Made by a program: the position numbers and the translations under genes
The notes under the pieces: model-generated
Database searches by the model: none
Seen by the model: the letters and a program-made list of their open reading frames with translations, nothing else
What the model was told of the DNA's origin: nothing
In this document: in pieces, positions 25,501 to 34,604 of the stretch
Layout of the letters: every line of letters begins with the position of its first letter
Position numbering within the stretch: position 1 is the first letter of the stretch
NCBI GenBank assembly: GCA_013265495.1
Contig: MU058289.1
Location: 2,417,451-2,481,450 of the forward strand
DNA: 64,000 nucleotides
Source of the DNA: Vicugna vicugna
Taxonomy: Eukaryota
Direction of reading: 5' to 3'

Positions 25501-28500
25501 AAAGGTTTATTTACAGCAGATCCTTTTACCCAGTATATTACACCTGGCTTTCAAGAAAAAAATTACAAGAAATTCTAAGAAGCAGAAAACACACTTTGAA
25601 GAGGCAGCACAAAAATAACATCAAAACCAGGTTCAGATATGGCTGGGATGCTGGACTTATCAGACCAGGAATTTTTAAACAACTATAATTAATAGGCTAA
25701 GGGCTCTAATGAATGAAGTAGGCAGTTATGCAAGAACTCATGGGCAATATCAGCAGAGGGATGAAAATTCTAAGAAGGAATCAAAAAGAGATGCTAAGGA
25801 TCAAAAACACTGTGACAGAAATGAAGTATATCTTTCACGGGCTTATTATTAAACTAAACATGGCTGAGGAAAGAATCTCTGAGATTGAGGATGTATCAAT
25901 AGAAAACTTCAAAACTGAAAAGCAAGCAGAAATAAGACTGAAAAAAAAAAAAACCAGAACATAATATCCAAGAACTATGGGACAACTACAGAAGTACTCA
26001 TATGTGTGTGGGGGGTGGGGGTACGGCTCAAGTGGTAGAGTGCATGCTTAGCATGCATGAGGTCTTGGGTTCAATCCCCAATACCTCAGTTAGAAAGCAA
26101 ATAAACCTAGTTATCTCCCCTCCTTGCCAAAGTAAAATAATACAATAATAAATAAAAAATTTTTTTAAAATACACACATGCATAATGAGAATACTGGAAG
26201 AAGAGGAAAAGGAACAGGAAAAAATATTTGAAACAATAATGATTGAGAGTGGGAGGGTATAGCTCAGTGGTAGAGTGCATGCCTAGCATGCACAAGGTCC
26301 TGGGTTCAACCCCCAGATCCTCCACTAAAAATAAATAAACCTAATTACTCTCAACACCAAAAATAGAAGTTTTTTTTAAAGCTTTAAAAAAGATAAAATT
26401 TAAAGAAACACTAAAAAAAAAATTGCCAACTTTCCCCAAATTAATTTCAAATACTAAACCATAGGTCCAGGAAGCTCAGAGAACACCAAATAGGATATAA
26501 GCAAAAATTTTAAAATCTACACATTTTTAGGGATATCATTTTAAAGCTACAGAAAATCAAAGATAAAAAATCGTCAAAGAAGCCAAGAGGGAAAAACACC
26601 TTACCTACTGAGGAGCAAAGATAAGCCTGGCACCCAAATTCTCCTCAGAAACCAGATAAGTAAGATGCAACTGAAATAATTTAAGAATTGAGAGGAAAAA
26701 ATTACCAACCTAGAAATGTGTACCTTATGAAATTATCCTTCAAAACTGAAGGAGAAATAAAGAATTTCTCAAACAAAAATGGAGGAAACTTGTTACCAGT
26801 AGCCCTGCCCTGTAATAAATCCTAAAAGTTCTTTGGAGAGAAGGGAAATCATATAGGTTAGAAACTCAGATCTACATCAGGAAAGGAAGAACACCAAAAA
26901 AGAAACAAAACCTTGAATCGTTCTTATTCTTAACTGATCTAACAGAAAACAGTTCAAAATAATAATAGCAAATACATACATATGTGTCTTTGTGTGTGTG
27001 TGTGTGTCAGCAGTAATACAAGGGACGGGAGGGAGGTATTAGAAATATTTTGTTATTTAAAGTATCACACTACCCATTAAGACGCCGTGTTGGGCTATTT
27101 GAAAGCGGACTTGAATTAACTATAAATGCATATTGCAAACTCTTGGGCAACCATTTTAAAAAGTAAAAAAAGAGGTACATTTGATACACTAAGAAAGGAG
27201 AGAAAATGGGATCACATAGAATTCTCAATTAAAACTGCAAAAGGCAGAAGGAGAGTAGAAGACAAAATAGGAACAAAAAACAGTGGCAACAAATAGAAAA
27301 CAGTAACAAACATGATAGATATTAATCCAACTATATCAATGATAGCTTTGAATGGTCTAAATGTATCAATTAAAATACAGAGATTGTCAAGAGTGGATCA
27401 AAAAACAAGATCCACATATGAGTACTTCTGTAGTTGTCCAATAGTTCTTGGATATTCTGTTCTGGGTTTTTTTTTTTTTTCAGTCTTATTTCTGCTTGCT
27501 GTTCAGTTTTGAAGTTTTCTATTGATACATCCTCAGTCTCAGAGATTCTTTCCTCAGCCATGTTTAGTTTAATAATAAGCCGATTGTGTGAGCAGACATT
27601 GTATGATTTCTGTTCTTTTAAATTTGTTAGGTGTATTTTATAGCCTAGAATGTGGTCTGTAGTGAATGTTCCATATGAGTTTGAGAAGAGTATGTATTCT
27701 GCTCTTGTTGGATGAAATAGTCCGTAGACGTTCATTATATCCTGTTGATTGATGATGCTGTTGAGTTCCACTATATTCTTACTAAATTTCTGTCTGTTGC
27801 ATCTGTCCATTTCCCACAGTGGGTGTTAAAGTCTCCAACTATGATAGTGGACTCATCTAATTCTCTTTGCAATTTTGTTAGTTTTTGTCTCATGTAGTTT
27901 GATGTTCTGGTGTTCTACACATACACGTTAAGGATTATTATGTCTTCTTGGCCCTTCTTATCATAATGTAATGTCCCTCTTTAGCCTTGATAGATTTTCT
28001 TGCTGTGAAGTCGGCTGTGTCTGAAATTAATATAGCTACTGTTGCATTCTTTTGATAGTGTTAGTAGAGTATATTCTTCTTCATCCATTTACTTTTTAAA
28101 ATAATTTTTAATTGAAGTATAGTTGATTGACAATGTTGTGTTAGTTTCTGGTGTACAGCAAAGTGATTCTGTTTTATGTATATTTATATATTGTTTTTTA
28201 TATTCTTTTCCATTATGATGTATTACAAGATTGTGAACATAGTTTCCTGTGCTATAGAGTAGGACTTTGTTATTTCATCTATTTACTTTTTTTGTCTGTT
28301 TGCTTTTTTTTAAATTGAAGCATAGTCAGTTTACAATGTTGTGTTAATTCTTCCGTTTACTTTTTTTATTATTAAAGTACAGTCAATTACAATTTGTCAA
28401 TTTCTGGTGTACAGCACAATGTCCCTTTTCATTTACTTTTAATCTGTATGTGCCTTTATGTCTGGTTCTTTGAAAAGATCAATAAAATTGATAAGCCTCT

Positions 28501-31500
28501 AGCCAGGCTAACCAAGAAAGAGAGAGGAGACAGATCATTAACATTAACGGATTATTAACCAGCGGTGGGAGGGGTCCAGGACTTAGGTGTGCTGTCAAGA
28601 AAAAGAATGTTGCCTGCTATCCCAGTTCTACAAGGATCAAGACTTTAGCCACAGCAGCTGCTGACTGACAGTGCCCCTGAGGGGAATTCAGGATGGAGAA
28701 AAACAGGGAGCATTCTGAGCTTTGAACATAGTGACCTCTAGATAGTCAAGATATACAGCAATGGAAAATTTCAATGACCCAAGGTTCCTGCATCTTCCCA
28801 TATATAGAAAAGCACTAAGATCATTACCTTAAGATGTCTATACTCTGTAATTTTTTTTATGTTAACTATACATTTTTCCTAGAAGAAAAGTTCATGTAAA
28901 TCCTGGCTCCTCCCTTAACTCTTAGAAGCAGTTCTTCAGAGCTATTCTGAGAGCCCGTCTCCCAAGCTATAGTCACCAGTAAGGTCCCAGAATAAAACTT
29001 TCAACTTTTACGTTGTACTTTTTTTTTTCCCAGTTGACAGTGCTGGACTGTGGGAATGTGAGGGGATGTGGGACAGAGAAACGCAGGGTTTGGGACTCTG
29101 TTGCCAGACAGTGGCCCCACATTTGCAGGAACTCTGGATGCAGTGACCAGGTGGGGTTAAGGCGCGCTCAGCAGGAGGTACAGGGATGAGAGGAGAGGGA
29201 AGTCCAGGGTGGAAGGGTGGCTGCGGGTTGTGGGGACCGCTGGGGTGTGCGAGCTCACACAGGTGTGAGGATGCGGGATGTGATAGAGTGTCCGCCTCCA
29301 GGGAGCTCGGAGAGGTGGGACCGGGACTAGGCCGACTCTACGCAGGATGCGGAGCACAGGGCTGCTAGGGGGCGCGGGCAAACCGAGCCAGACGCGGGGC
29401 GGGGCCCGGCGGCAAGCGGCCGGGGTGGGCGGCACCCCGCGGTTCCCAGAACAGGACCGAGGCAGCGGTCAGTGTCGCGCTCCACAGGCAAAGCCCGTGC
29501 CCTGGTGCCGAGGCAGCTACCTCCGCCTCTAGGCAAAACTCTCCGGCTTTCGTTCTTTCTGTCATCACAAAAGCAGAACTATATTATGGGAAAACGAGCA
29601 GAAGAGCGTTTTCAGGACCACCCGCTTCAGGACCTTTCTAGGTCCTCCTTTCAGATTTTTCTGTGCAGAAAACTTTCGGGGTCCATTCGGGAGAGAGACC
29701 CCCAACTAGGAGCCGTGGAGAGAAGTTCCACACACGGTATATCCTCCGAGACCCTAACAAAAATGGCATATATCAGACAGTCTTTTTTTTTTTTTTTGAG
29801 ACTAGTAAAGGAGTGTATTAGGTTACACTGCCATAGACAACAGCGGGCCACACAGAGGAGAGGTGCCTCCGTGAGCCCACAGCCTTACTTTTGTAAACAA
29901 AACAGAACAAAACAGCGAGCTTTTTTAAAGCTATCTGTAGAGTACCACTTGTTCTTCAAGTGTGCCCGCGCGCCTCCCTGGCCGGGCTTGATCGAGGCGC
30001 TGCGGTGCAGCGGGAACCCGGAGCACAGACAGACTCCAGCCCCGGAGGGCGCCAGGCGGGCGTGCGGGACCGCGGGGCATGAACCGGCTCCTGCCTGCAG
30101 GGGGGCGAGGGTGGGAGGTGCGCCCGGCCACCCACAGGCGGCACGAGGTGCCAGGTCAGGGCCAGAGCCGTGGAAGAGCCAGGTGAGCGCTGCTTTAGAC
30201 GGAGGGCAAGGAGACCCCCACCCCGCACCCCGCTGGGTGGGGAACAATGAGGACTCCGGAGACCAGACAGGATTGAAGGCCAGCAAGTCAGAGGGAAGAG
30301 GAGAGAGAGACAAGCCAGAGCCGAAATGGCCTGGAGGGTCATGGTCAGGTCTCCGGACTTCCTCTTCAAGGTGCCAGGAAGCCAGGGAGAGGTTTTGAGC
30401 CCATTATTTTAAAACACATTCTTGTGCGGGTGCATTATTTAACACCAAGGACAAAGCTTATCATTTAGCAAAGCATCTCAAAGATTGTGATGAAGTCATC
30501 TGGTACATTATTATTCTTGCATTGTGCACCTTCATTTCAAACGATCATTTGTTAACATGTTCTACACAACCGTGTTAACTTTACTGTACAAACATCTCCA
30601 AAGTGGACTGTTTTCAACCACTGCTTCCCTCTGTTTATTCTAAATTGCTTTCTCTTACTGAATTTCTTATTTTTAGAATCCTTAATTCTGATTTTTTGTT
30701 GTTTGCCAGAGTGCTCCCTTCTCTCTCTCTCTTTTTAATGAGGGGGAGGTAATTGAGTTTATTTATATATATTTGGAGGCAGTACTGGGGATTGAACCCA
30801 GGACCTCGATGCATGCTAAGCATGCCCTCTAGCGCTTGAGCTATACCCTCCCCCACCAGGTTGCTCCCTTGAGTAACTTTTTCCTCAAAGAGAGGCATCC
30901 TTTCTGAGTCTTTGCAGCTCTGAAGAAAAAATGTCTTTCTGTTGGCTTTATTAGGGACCAGCAGTTTGAACAGGTAGACAACACTTAGGTCACACCCTTT
31001 CCTCCCAGAAAAAAAACCTTCTCAACTTCTGCCAACCTCATGGATCAAAAAAACCTCAGGCCAGCGCAGGAGGAGATAGCTCAGTGGTAGACTCCATACT
31101 TAGCATGCGTAAGGTACTGTGTTGAATCCCCAGTACTTCAAATAAATAAATAAATAAATAAACCTAGTTACATCCCCATCCCTGAAAAAAAAAAACTGAG
31201 GCCAAAAAAAATCATAAGCCACCTTAATGTGCATGTGTCAGAGACTGGTTAAATACACCCTGGGGGGTGACCAGTCAGTGGAACATTCTCCATAAAAAAG
31301 AACAAGAAAGCTGCTTCTTTACTGATATGGAAAGATCTTCAAAATAAGTTAAAAAATTAAAAACCAGGTGCAGAAAAGGTCTAAGGTATGCTTCCATCTG
31401 TATATAAAAAAGGGAGGGGGTAGAATTTACATGTATGCACTGATATGTGCATAAAATATCTCTAAGGATATAGAAGAAACTAGAAACATTTGTTGCTTCT

Positions 31501-33071
31501 GTAGAAGGAAAGGGGGTTGCTGGGGGGCGCAGGAGTGCTAGGAAGACTCTTACTTGTAAAAACAAACCTTTTTTTGTAAAAACAAACAAAACTAACAAAT
31601 CTATTGAATTTGGATCTTGGGGGTGTTCTATGGAGAATGGAAATAAAATACAACTCCTATGCTCTTATTCAATTTTACTTAAAAATCAGAATAAATATCA
31701 CCAATAAAAGCAAGCCAAGAGATGACACACACTGCTTTCTCTTCAAACAGATTTCCCCGTGGAGAACCCAATGTCCTCCTGCAGGGGCTGGCAGCCACAG
31801 TCCCAGTTGTGGACTCTGCTCCGAGGTCCTCTGGCAGCTGGAGAAGCCACCATCGCGTTCTGATCCCAGGCTTTTCCATCTGCACTGGGGACAGCCTCGC
31901 TCCTCTCCTTGCAGTGCAGGTATTCACCACCTGCAGGTTCTATTTCCCTCCAGTCTGGCATTGAACTTGACCATCTCTTTCCATATGAGCCCAGGGAGAT
32001 TTTCTTACTTCCTTTCTTCCCCTGCTCCCTCTCTTTCCCTCTCCAACACTTCTCATATGTATTTTGGTTCTTCTGGATCTTCCCTACATCCCCCTTTTCT
32101 CTCATAATTGTTGTTCCTTTATATTTTTTTTCTCTGAGTTATCAGAGAATCCCATAAACTTGTTTCTAATTTTAAAACCTCCATGGAGGACTTTGGTTTG
32201 AAAATTCTCTTTTAATTCCCAACAATTCTCTCTGTTCACAGGTTATTTGCTCTTCCCAGCCACCAGCCTTCGTTTTATCTCAAATATCACTGAGAATACA
32301 ATAGTGTTGTTAGGTTTTTATTTTTATATTTTATGACTGTTATTCTAGGTTTTCTGTTGCTTCTGGTGCTCTGCCTCACGGGCGACAGGGTTCCTTCGGT
32401 GACGCTGGGGCATGTACTTGGGAGTGTAACCACGGGGACGTCTGGGAGGCTCATCCAGCGCCCACAGGGTCTGGGTTGGGACAGGGCCCCTACTGAAAAC
32501 GCCATTCTCCTCACCAAGGATGGTTTCCCCAGAGACTGTAGCGAGGACCCGAGGCCACCTGGCCTCTCCTCCAGCTGCCCCTAACCCTGCAGCCACTTTG
32601 CCCACTAGGTGTGCCTCAGGCAGGGGACTGGGCCCAGGTCCTAGCAAGCCAGATGGTTCCCTCCCAGGTCTCCCACTGGCTCTTGAGCCCTCCCCACGTT
32701 TTGGAAACAAGACCCACCCCCCTCCCCTTGGGGGCGGTTCTGACCTTGGAGAGGGGCTCGTGGTCACCCCAAGACGTCTTCTCACCCTGGAGCTTCTTCG
32801 GCATAGCTTGATTTTCAGGCGGTGGTGAGTCACTGCCCAAGGCCAGGGGGTCAAGTGAGGCCAGCTGCTGGCCCCGCTTCGCCTCCGAGAGCGACAGCTT
32901 GAAGTGGCCATAGGCCCTGACCAGGGTCACCCAGGGCACCTTGCGGGGCTGATGCACGCCGTCGCGGGCAAGGACGAAGGACAGCTGCACGTCACTTCTC
33001 TGGAGCGCTGTCTTCCTGCCCTCATTCTGGGCTTTTGCGGAGCTGGGGGTGTCCTGCGGCTGGGAGGCCAT
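6680..33071 (-). CDS. WDR88: WD repeat-containing protein 88, spliced gene span for exons 1-9 (3' exons outside window)
   Basis: Nine exons join in frame and encode successive GH...WD repeats (e.g. GHQHIVSSCHFCVDDTKLLSGSYDCTVKLW). The position directly downstream of GPATCH1 matches known mammalian synteny. Confidence 0.95.
8177..8316 (-). mobile_element. tRNA-derived SINE (Vic-1-like)
   Basis: Reverse complement of the same SINE family. Confidence 0.85.
8477..8559 (-). CDS. WDR88: WDR88 exon 8 (83 bp)
   Basis: ttcag|CC TCT...TTG AAG|gtacca; TSFLVSGGFDRTVAIWDVGEGYRKLSLK. Confidence 0.93.
8720..9345 (-). mobile_element. MER44/Tigger7-like TcMar DNA transposon remnant
   Basis: Minus strand begins tcctcactatttgcagattccgtatttgtcaattc...aaatttattt, resembling the MER44 consensus from memory. 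Confidence 0.65.
9391..9405 (-). promoter_or_regulatory. CTCF consensus motif
   Basis: ggcgccccctggtgg on + equals CCACCAGGGGGCGCC on -, an exact match to the CTCF core. Confidence 0.7.
10363..10550 (-). CDS. WDR88: WDR88 exon 7 (188 bp)
   Basis: ttcag|G GCG CAT...GAC A|gtgagt; AHTNAISNCCFTFSGHFLCTSSWDKTLKIWNVHTGEFRNRGACVTLMQGHEGSVSSCHFARD. Confidence 0.95.
10722..10938 (-). mobile_element. MER20 (hAT-Charlie), near full length
   Basis: Minus strand reads cagtggttctcaaccaggggcagttttgtcccctagtgggcatttggcaatgtctggg...gaaatcctg, matching the MER20 consensus and its length of about 220 bp. Confidence 0.85.
12200..13320 (+). mobile_element. Old LINE-1 ORF1-region fragment
   Basis: aacccagattcctatatccagcaaaaatatccttcaggaatgaag and other L1M ORF1-like strings; A-rich and degenerate. 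Confidence 0.75.
13446..14113 (+). mobile_element. LINE-1 3' end, with the tail interrupted by an LTR
   Basis: L1 3' UTR strings ending in catctcaataaagct; the tail continues as ctgttaagaaaaaaaa at 14643. Confidence 0.8.
14114..14642 (+). mobile_element. Solo ERV LTR, antisense to WDR88 (intron 6)
   Basis: Repeated ATTGG boxes, TATAAAA at 14485, AATAAA at 14547, ends ...caaca; imperfect 4-bp target duplication ctat/ctgt. Confidence 0.8.
15794..15923 (-). CDS. WDR88: WDR88 exon 6 (130 bp)
   Basis: ctcag|AT CAT...ACC AA|gtgagg; DHHRMSVTSCCFDPDSQRVASVSLDRSIKIWDITSQATLLTITK. Confidence 0.94.
16517..16548. repeat. (AC)n microsatellite
   Basis: About 16 AC units. Confidence 0.9.
16645..16788 (-). 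mobile_element. tRNA-derived SINE (Vic-1-like)
   Basis: ctctaccactgagctata head on the minus strand. Confidence 0.8.
17382..17520 (-). CDS. WDR88: WDR88 exon 5 (139 bp)
   Basis: ttcag|TGG AAG...AAA G|gtaaga; WKLSHETFVVSCKFSPDGKYVVSGLDVDRGICVTDAEDTTTVSHIK. Confidence 0.94.
17560..17700. mobile_element. MER3/MER33-like hAT-Charlie remnant
   Basis: gcgctgcccaatatgctagccactggccacacgtgg...gaactgaatttt. Confidence 0.6.
17990..18485 (+). mobile_element. MaLR LTR (MLT1-like)
   Basis: gaatagaatatggcagaagtga...cagccccagctgagccttcggatgactgtagcccc...ctaagttttggggaaatttgtcaggca. Confidence 0.75.
19290..19353 (-). CDS. WDR88: WDR88 exon 4 (64 bp)
   Basis: tccag|A ATT ATT...CTG CTG|gtatgt; IIAASYDKTVRAWDLETGKLL. 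Confidence 0.93.
20417..20505 (-). CDS. WDR88: WDR88 exon 3 (89 bp)
   Basis: ttgag|GAT GCT...AGA AG|gtgact; DAVDGSVVRNFEPEPGAPVLECSVTADSR; too short to appear in the ORF track. Confidence 0.88.
21061..21170. repeat. Minisatellite, about 35 bp x 3
   Basis: agggtaataact(a)gagaa...atg(a/g)gaacaga(a/g)c repeated three times. Confidence 0.85.
21330..21990 (-). mobile_element. MER21-like LTR
   Basis: ccccaagaccaccctcagg...actcacagg...tactcacagctaagacttacta, resembling MER21 from memory. Confidence 0.6.
24207..24317 (-). CDS. WDR88: WDR88 exon 2 (111 bp)
   Basis: ttcag|ATC CCT...CTG TGG|gtaggt; IPFKIMKGHQHIVSSCHFCVDDTKLLSGSYDCTVKLW. Confidence 0.94.
24375..28545 (+). mobile_element. Rearranged LINE-1 block (ORF2 fragment, then ORF1/ORF2 start with an internal inversion)
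   Basis: ORF track shows L1-like peptides at 25728-25964 (+) and 27370-27810 (-). The + strand resumes at 28462 with a WFFEKINKIDKPLARL-like sequence. Confidence 0.88.
26010..26400 (+). mobile_element. Two tRNA-derived SINEs (about 26010-26160 and 26250-26400) inserted in L1
   Basis: Two gctca(a)gtggtagagtgcatgc heads, each with its tail. Confidence 0.85.
28593..29039 (+). mobile_element. Solo ERV1-class LTR (447 bp)
   Basis: Inverted termini tgtcaa...ttgaca, perfect 4-bp target duplication gtgc (28589-28592 and 29040-29043), aataaa at 28991. Confidence 0.88.
29250..30260. promoter_or_regulatory. Bipartite intragenic CpG island in WDR88 intron 1
   Basis: High GC and CpG density at about 29330-29530 and 29960-30240; GC box ggggcggggc at 29396-29405; CTCF-like ctgctagggggcgc at 29362-29375. 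Confidence 0.7.
30732..31195. mobile_element. Inverted SINE pair: 30732-30854 (-) and 31068-31195 (+)
   Basis: Same family in opposite orientations, about 210 bp apart. Confidence 0.85.
32745..33071 (-). CDS. WDR88: WDR88 exon 1, coding part (327 bp, 109 aa)
   Basis: GAG ATG G Kozak context; MASQPQD...AYGHFKLS...LASLDPLAL...WGDHEPLSK|gtcaga; lies in a CpG-rich region. Confidence 0.88.
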
Positions 33072-33300
33072 CTCAGATCCCCTGCCTGCCCCTGAACGGT
33101 GACGCCGCGTGCCCACGCCCCTGCGCCCCCCCGCCCCCGTGCCCCGCCCAGGGACGCATGCGCCCTCCCTGGGCCTGGCGATCTCCTCTCAATGCGCAGC
33201 GCCGTTACCCACCAGAAAAATGGGCTTCGAGTTCAAGGCACAAAAGGAATGAGGCCAAGAGTGTGAAACTGGCGGCCCATCCCCTAGTCTTCCTGGCTCC
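33072..33300 (-). promoter_or_regulatory. WDR88 5' UTR and CpG-rich proximal promoter
   Basis: CpG-dense, with GC boxes (ccccgccc near 33129 and 33142) and an NRF1-like cgcatgcgc at 33155-33163, just upstream of the ATG. Confidence 0.7.
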
Positions 33301-34340
33301 CCCTCCTAGGACGATCTGTGTGTCCTCTACCTGTGTAGGGGCTCCTGGCCAACCTACTTCATGTCCACCGTGGAGAAGTGGTCCACAAGTTATAGAATGT
33401 GCCCTGGGTTAATTAAGATGCAGCCATTAGGGGCTGGGACACACAATACTTAAGAGCATGAGGGAAATATCTGTCACAATGCCAATGAGAATATCAGAGA
33501 GCAAAATGTCACCTCCGGTTGCGTAGCAGCTCCAATGCTAGAAAGACTGCATGGAATTATTCCCAAATAGCAAAGGTTGTCATCTCCACGTGGTGGAAGT
33601 AGAAGTGATTTTCTTCCTTCTCATTTAATTCCTTCCTTCCTTCATAATTTAAATGGATATACCCACTTTGGGAAACAATTTGGTAGTATTTATTCATTCT
33701 AAATGTTCATTCCCTACAGATTTATGCTATATAAAATTGTGTTATTTATACTTAAAATGTGAAACAAAACGTGTGTGTACCTGTGTGTGTGTGGTTGGGC
33801 AAAAAAGTCTTGAAAGTTACAAAGTGACTGATGCCAGAGGTTACTGTGGAGATAAGAGAGGTTTGGGGAACCAGTCAAGGGCCACTTTCAGCTGTATCTT
33901 TCTATGATGTTAGTTTGATAATGTAAAAAAAAAACCTGCACTTTACTTTTTCCAAAGGTCTCCTCAGTGCAGATGAGGCAGCCTCAGGGCAGGAACCCAG
34001 GGCTGCAGAGCGGGCCCAAACTCCTGCTCTTGGTCTCTGTGTTTTTCTCAGTCACTTTGGTGACATCTACCCTGAGAGGCTGGGGCTGCCTGCCAGGATC
34101 CTGGTGCCACACTGGGCTCCAGGCCACCAGCATCAACCACCAGAGGGAGGAACCATGCACCCCAGGAAAACGGCAGGAGTGGGAAAGCGGCCACCTCCAT
34201 CTCGCTCAAGTCCTCAAGTAAGCCTGACTGTCCTTATCTGGACTCAGCTTTCTTCACAATAGAACCCAAGAAAAGCCTTCACTTTTCTTTTTTAAAGTTT
34301 CAGGAAATGAAAAATCAAGAAGAAAATAGAAAAATTCCAT

Positions 34341-34346
34341 TTTAAT
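34341..34346 (-). terminator. Candidate GPATCH1 polyadenylation signal (ATTAAA variant)
   Basis: tttaat on + equals ATTAAA on -, about 230 nt past the stop and followed by a U-rich tract. The first canonical AATAAA I found is further on, at 33689-33694. Confidence 0.5.
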
Positions 34347-34573
34347 TAAACTGTACAGTCTGAATTTTTTCCTCTGACACTAACTGAGGTTAAAAATAGA
34401 AATCAATTTCTGCAACCTTCCAAGGCAGGCTTTGAAATGTCAAGGTTTTAAAAAATTGTTTTACAGCATGAATTTACATATAAATATAATCTGTACAATG
34501 TATTAACTGAGCAGTCAATGAGCTTCCATCCTGGAGGAGATCTGGTATCGGCACAGGCCAGGGTAGAATTCAA

Positions 34574-34604
34574 TTACTGCCTCCTAAGTGGGAGACGCTT
34601 CAGC
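34574..34604 (-). CDS. GPATCH1: GPATCH1 exon 20, coding part (31 bp incl. TAA)
   Basis: tccag|G CTG AAG CGT CTC CCA CTT AGG AGG CAG TAA = LKRLPLRRQ*. Confidence 0.93.

Noticed and set aside
29472..30398. 308-aa + strand ORF, the longest in the track
   Set aside because: It starts at GTG, runs through a poly-T (FFFF) and GC-rich island sequence that is naturally poor in stops, and shows no recognisable domain.
33518..33530. RFX X-box-like gttgcgtagcagc and MYB-like ccgtta (33202) near the WDR88 promoter
   Set aside because: Short, imperfect motifs that cannot be distinguished from chance without conservation or ChIP data.
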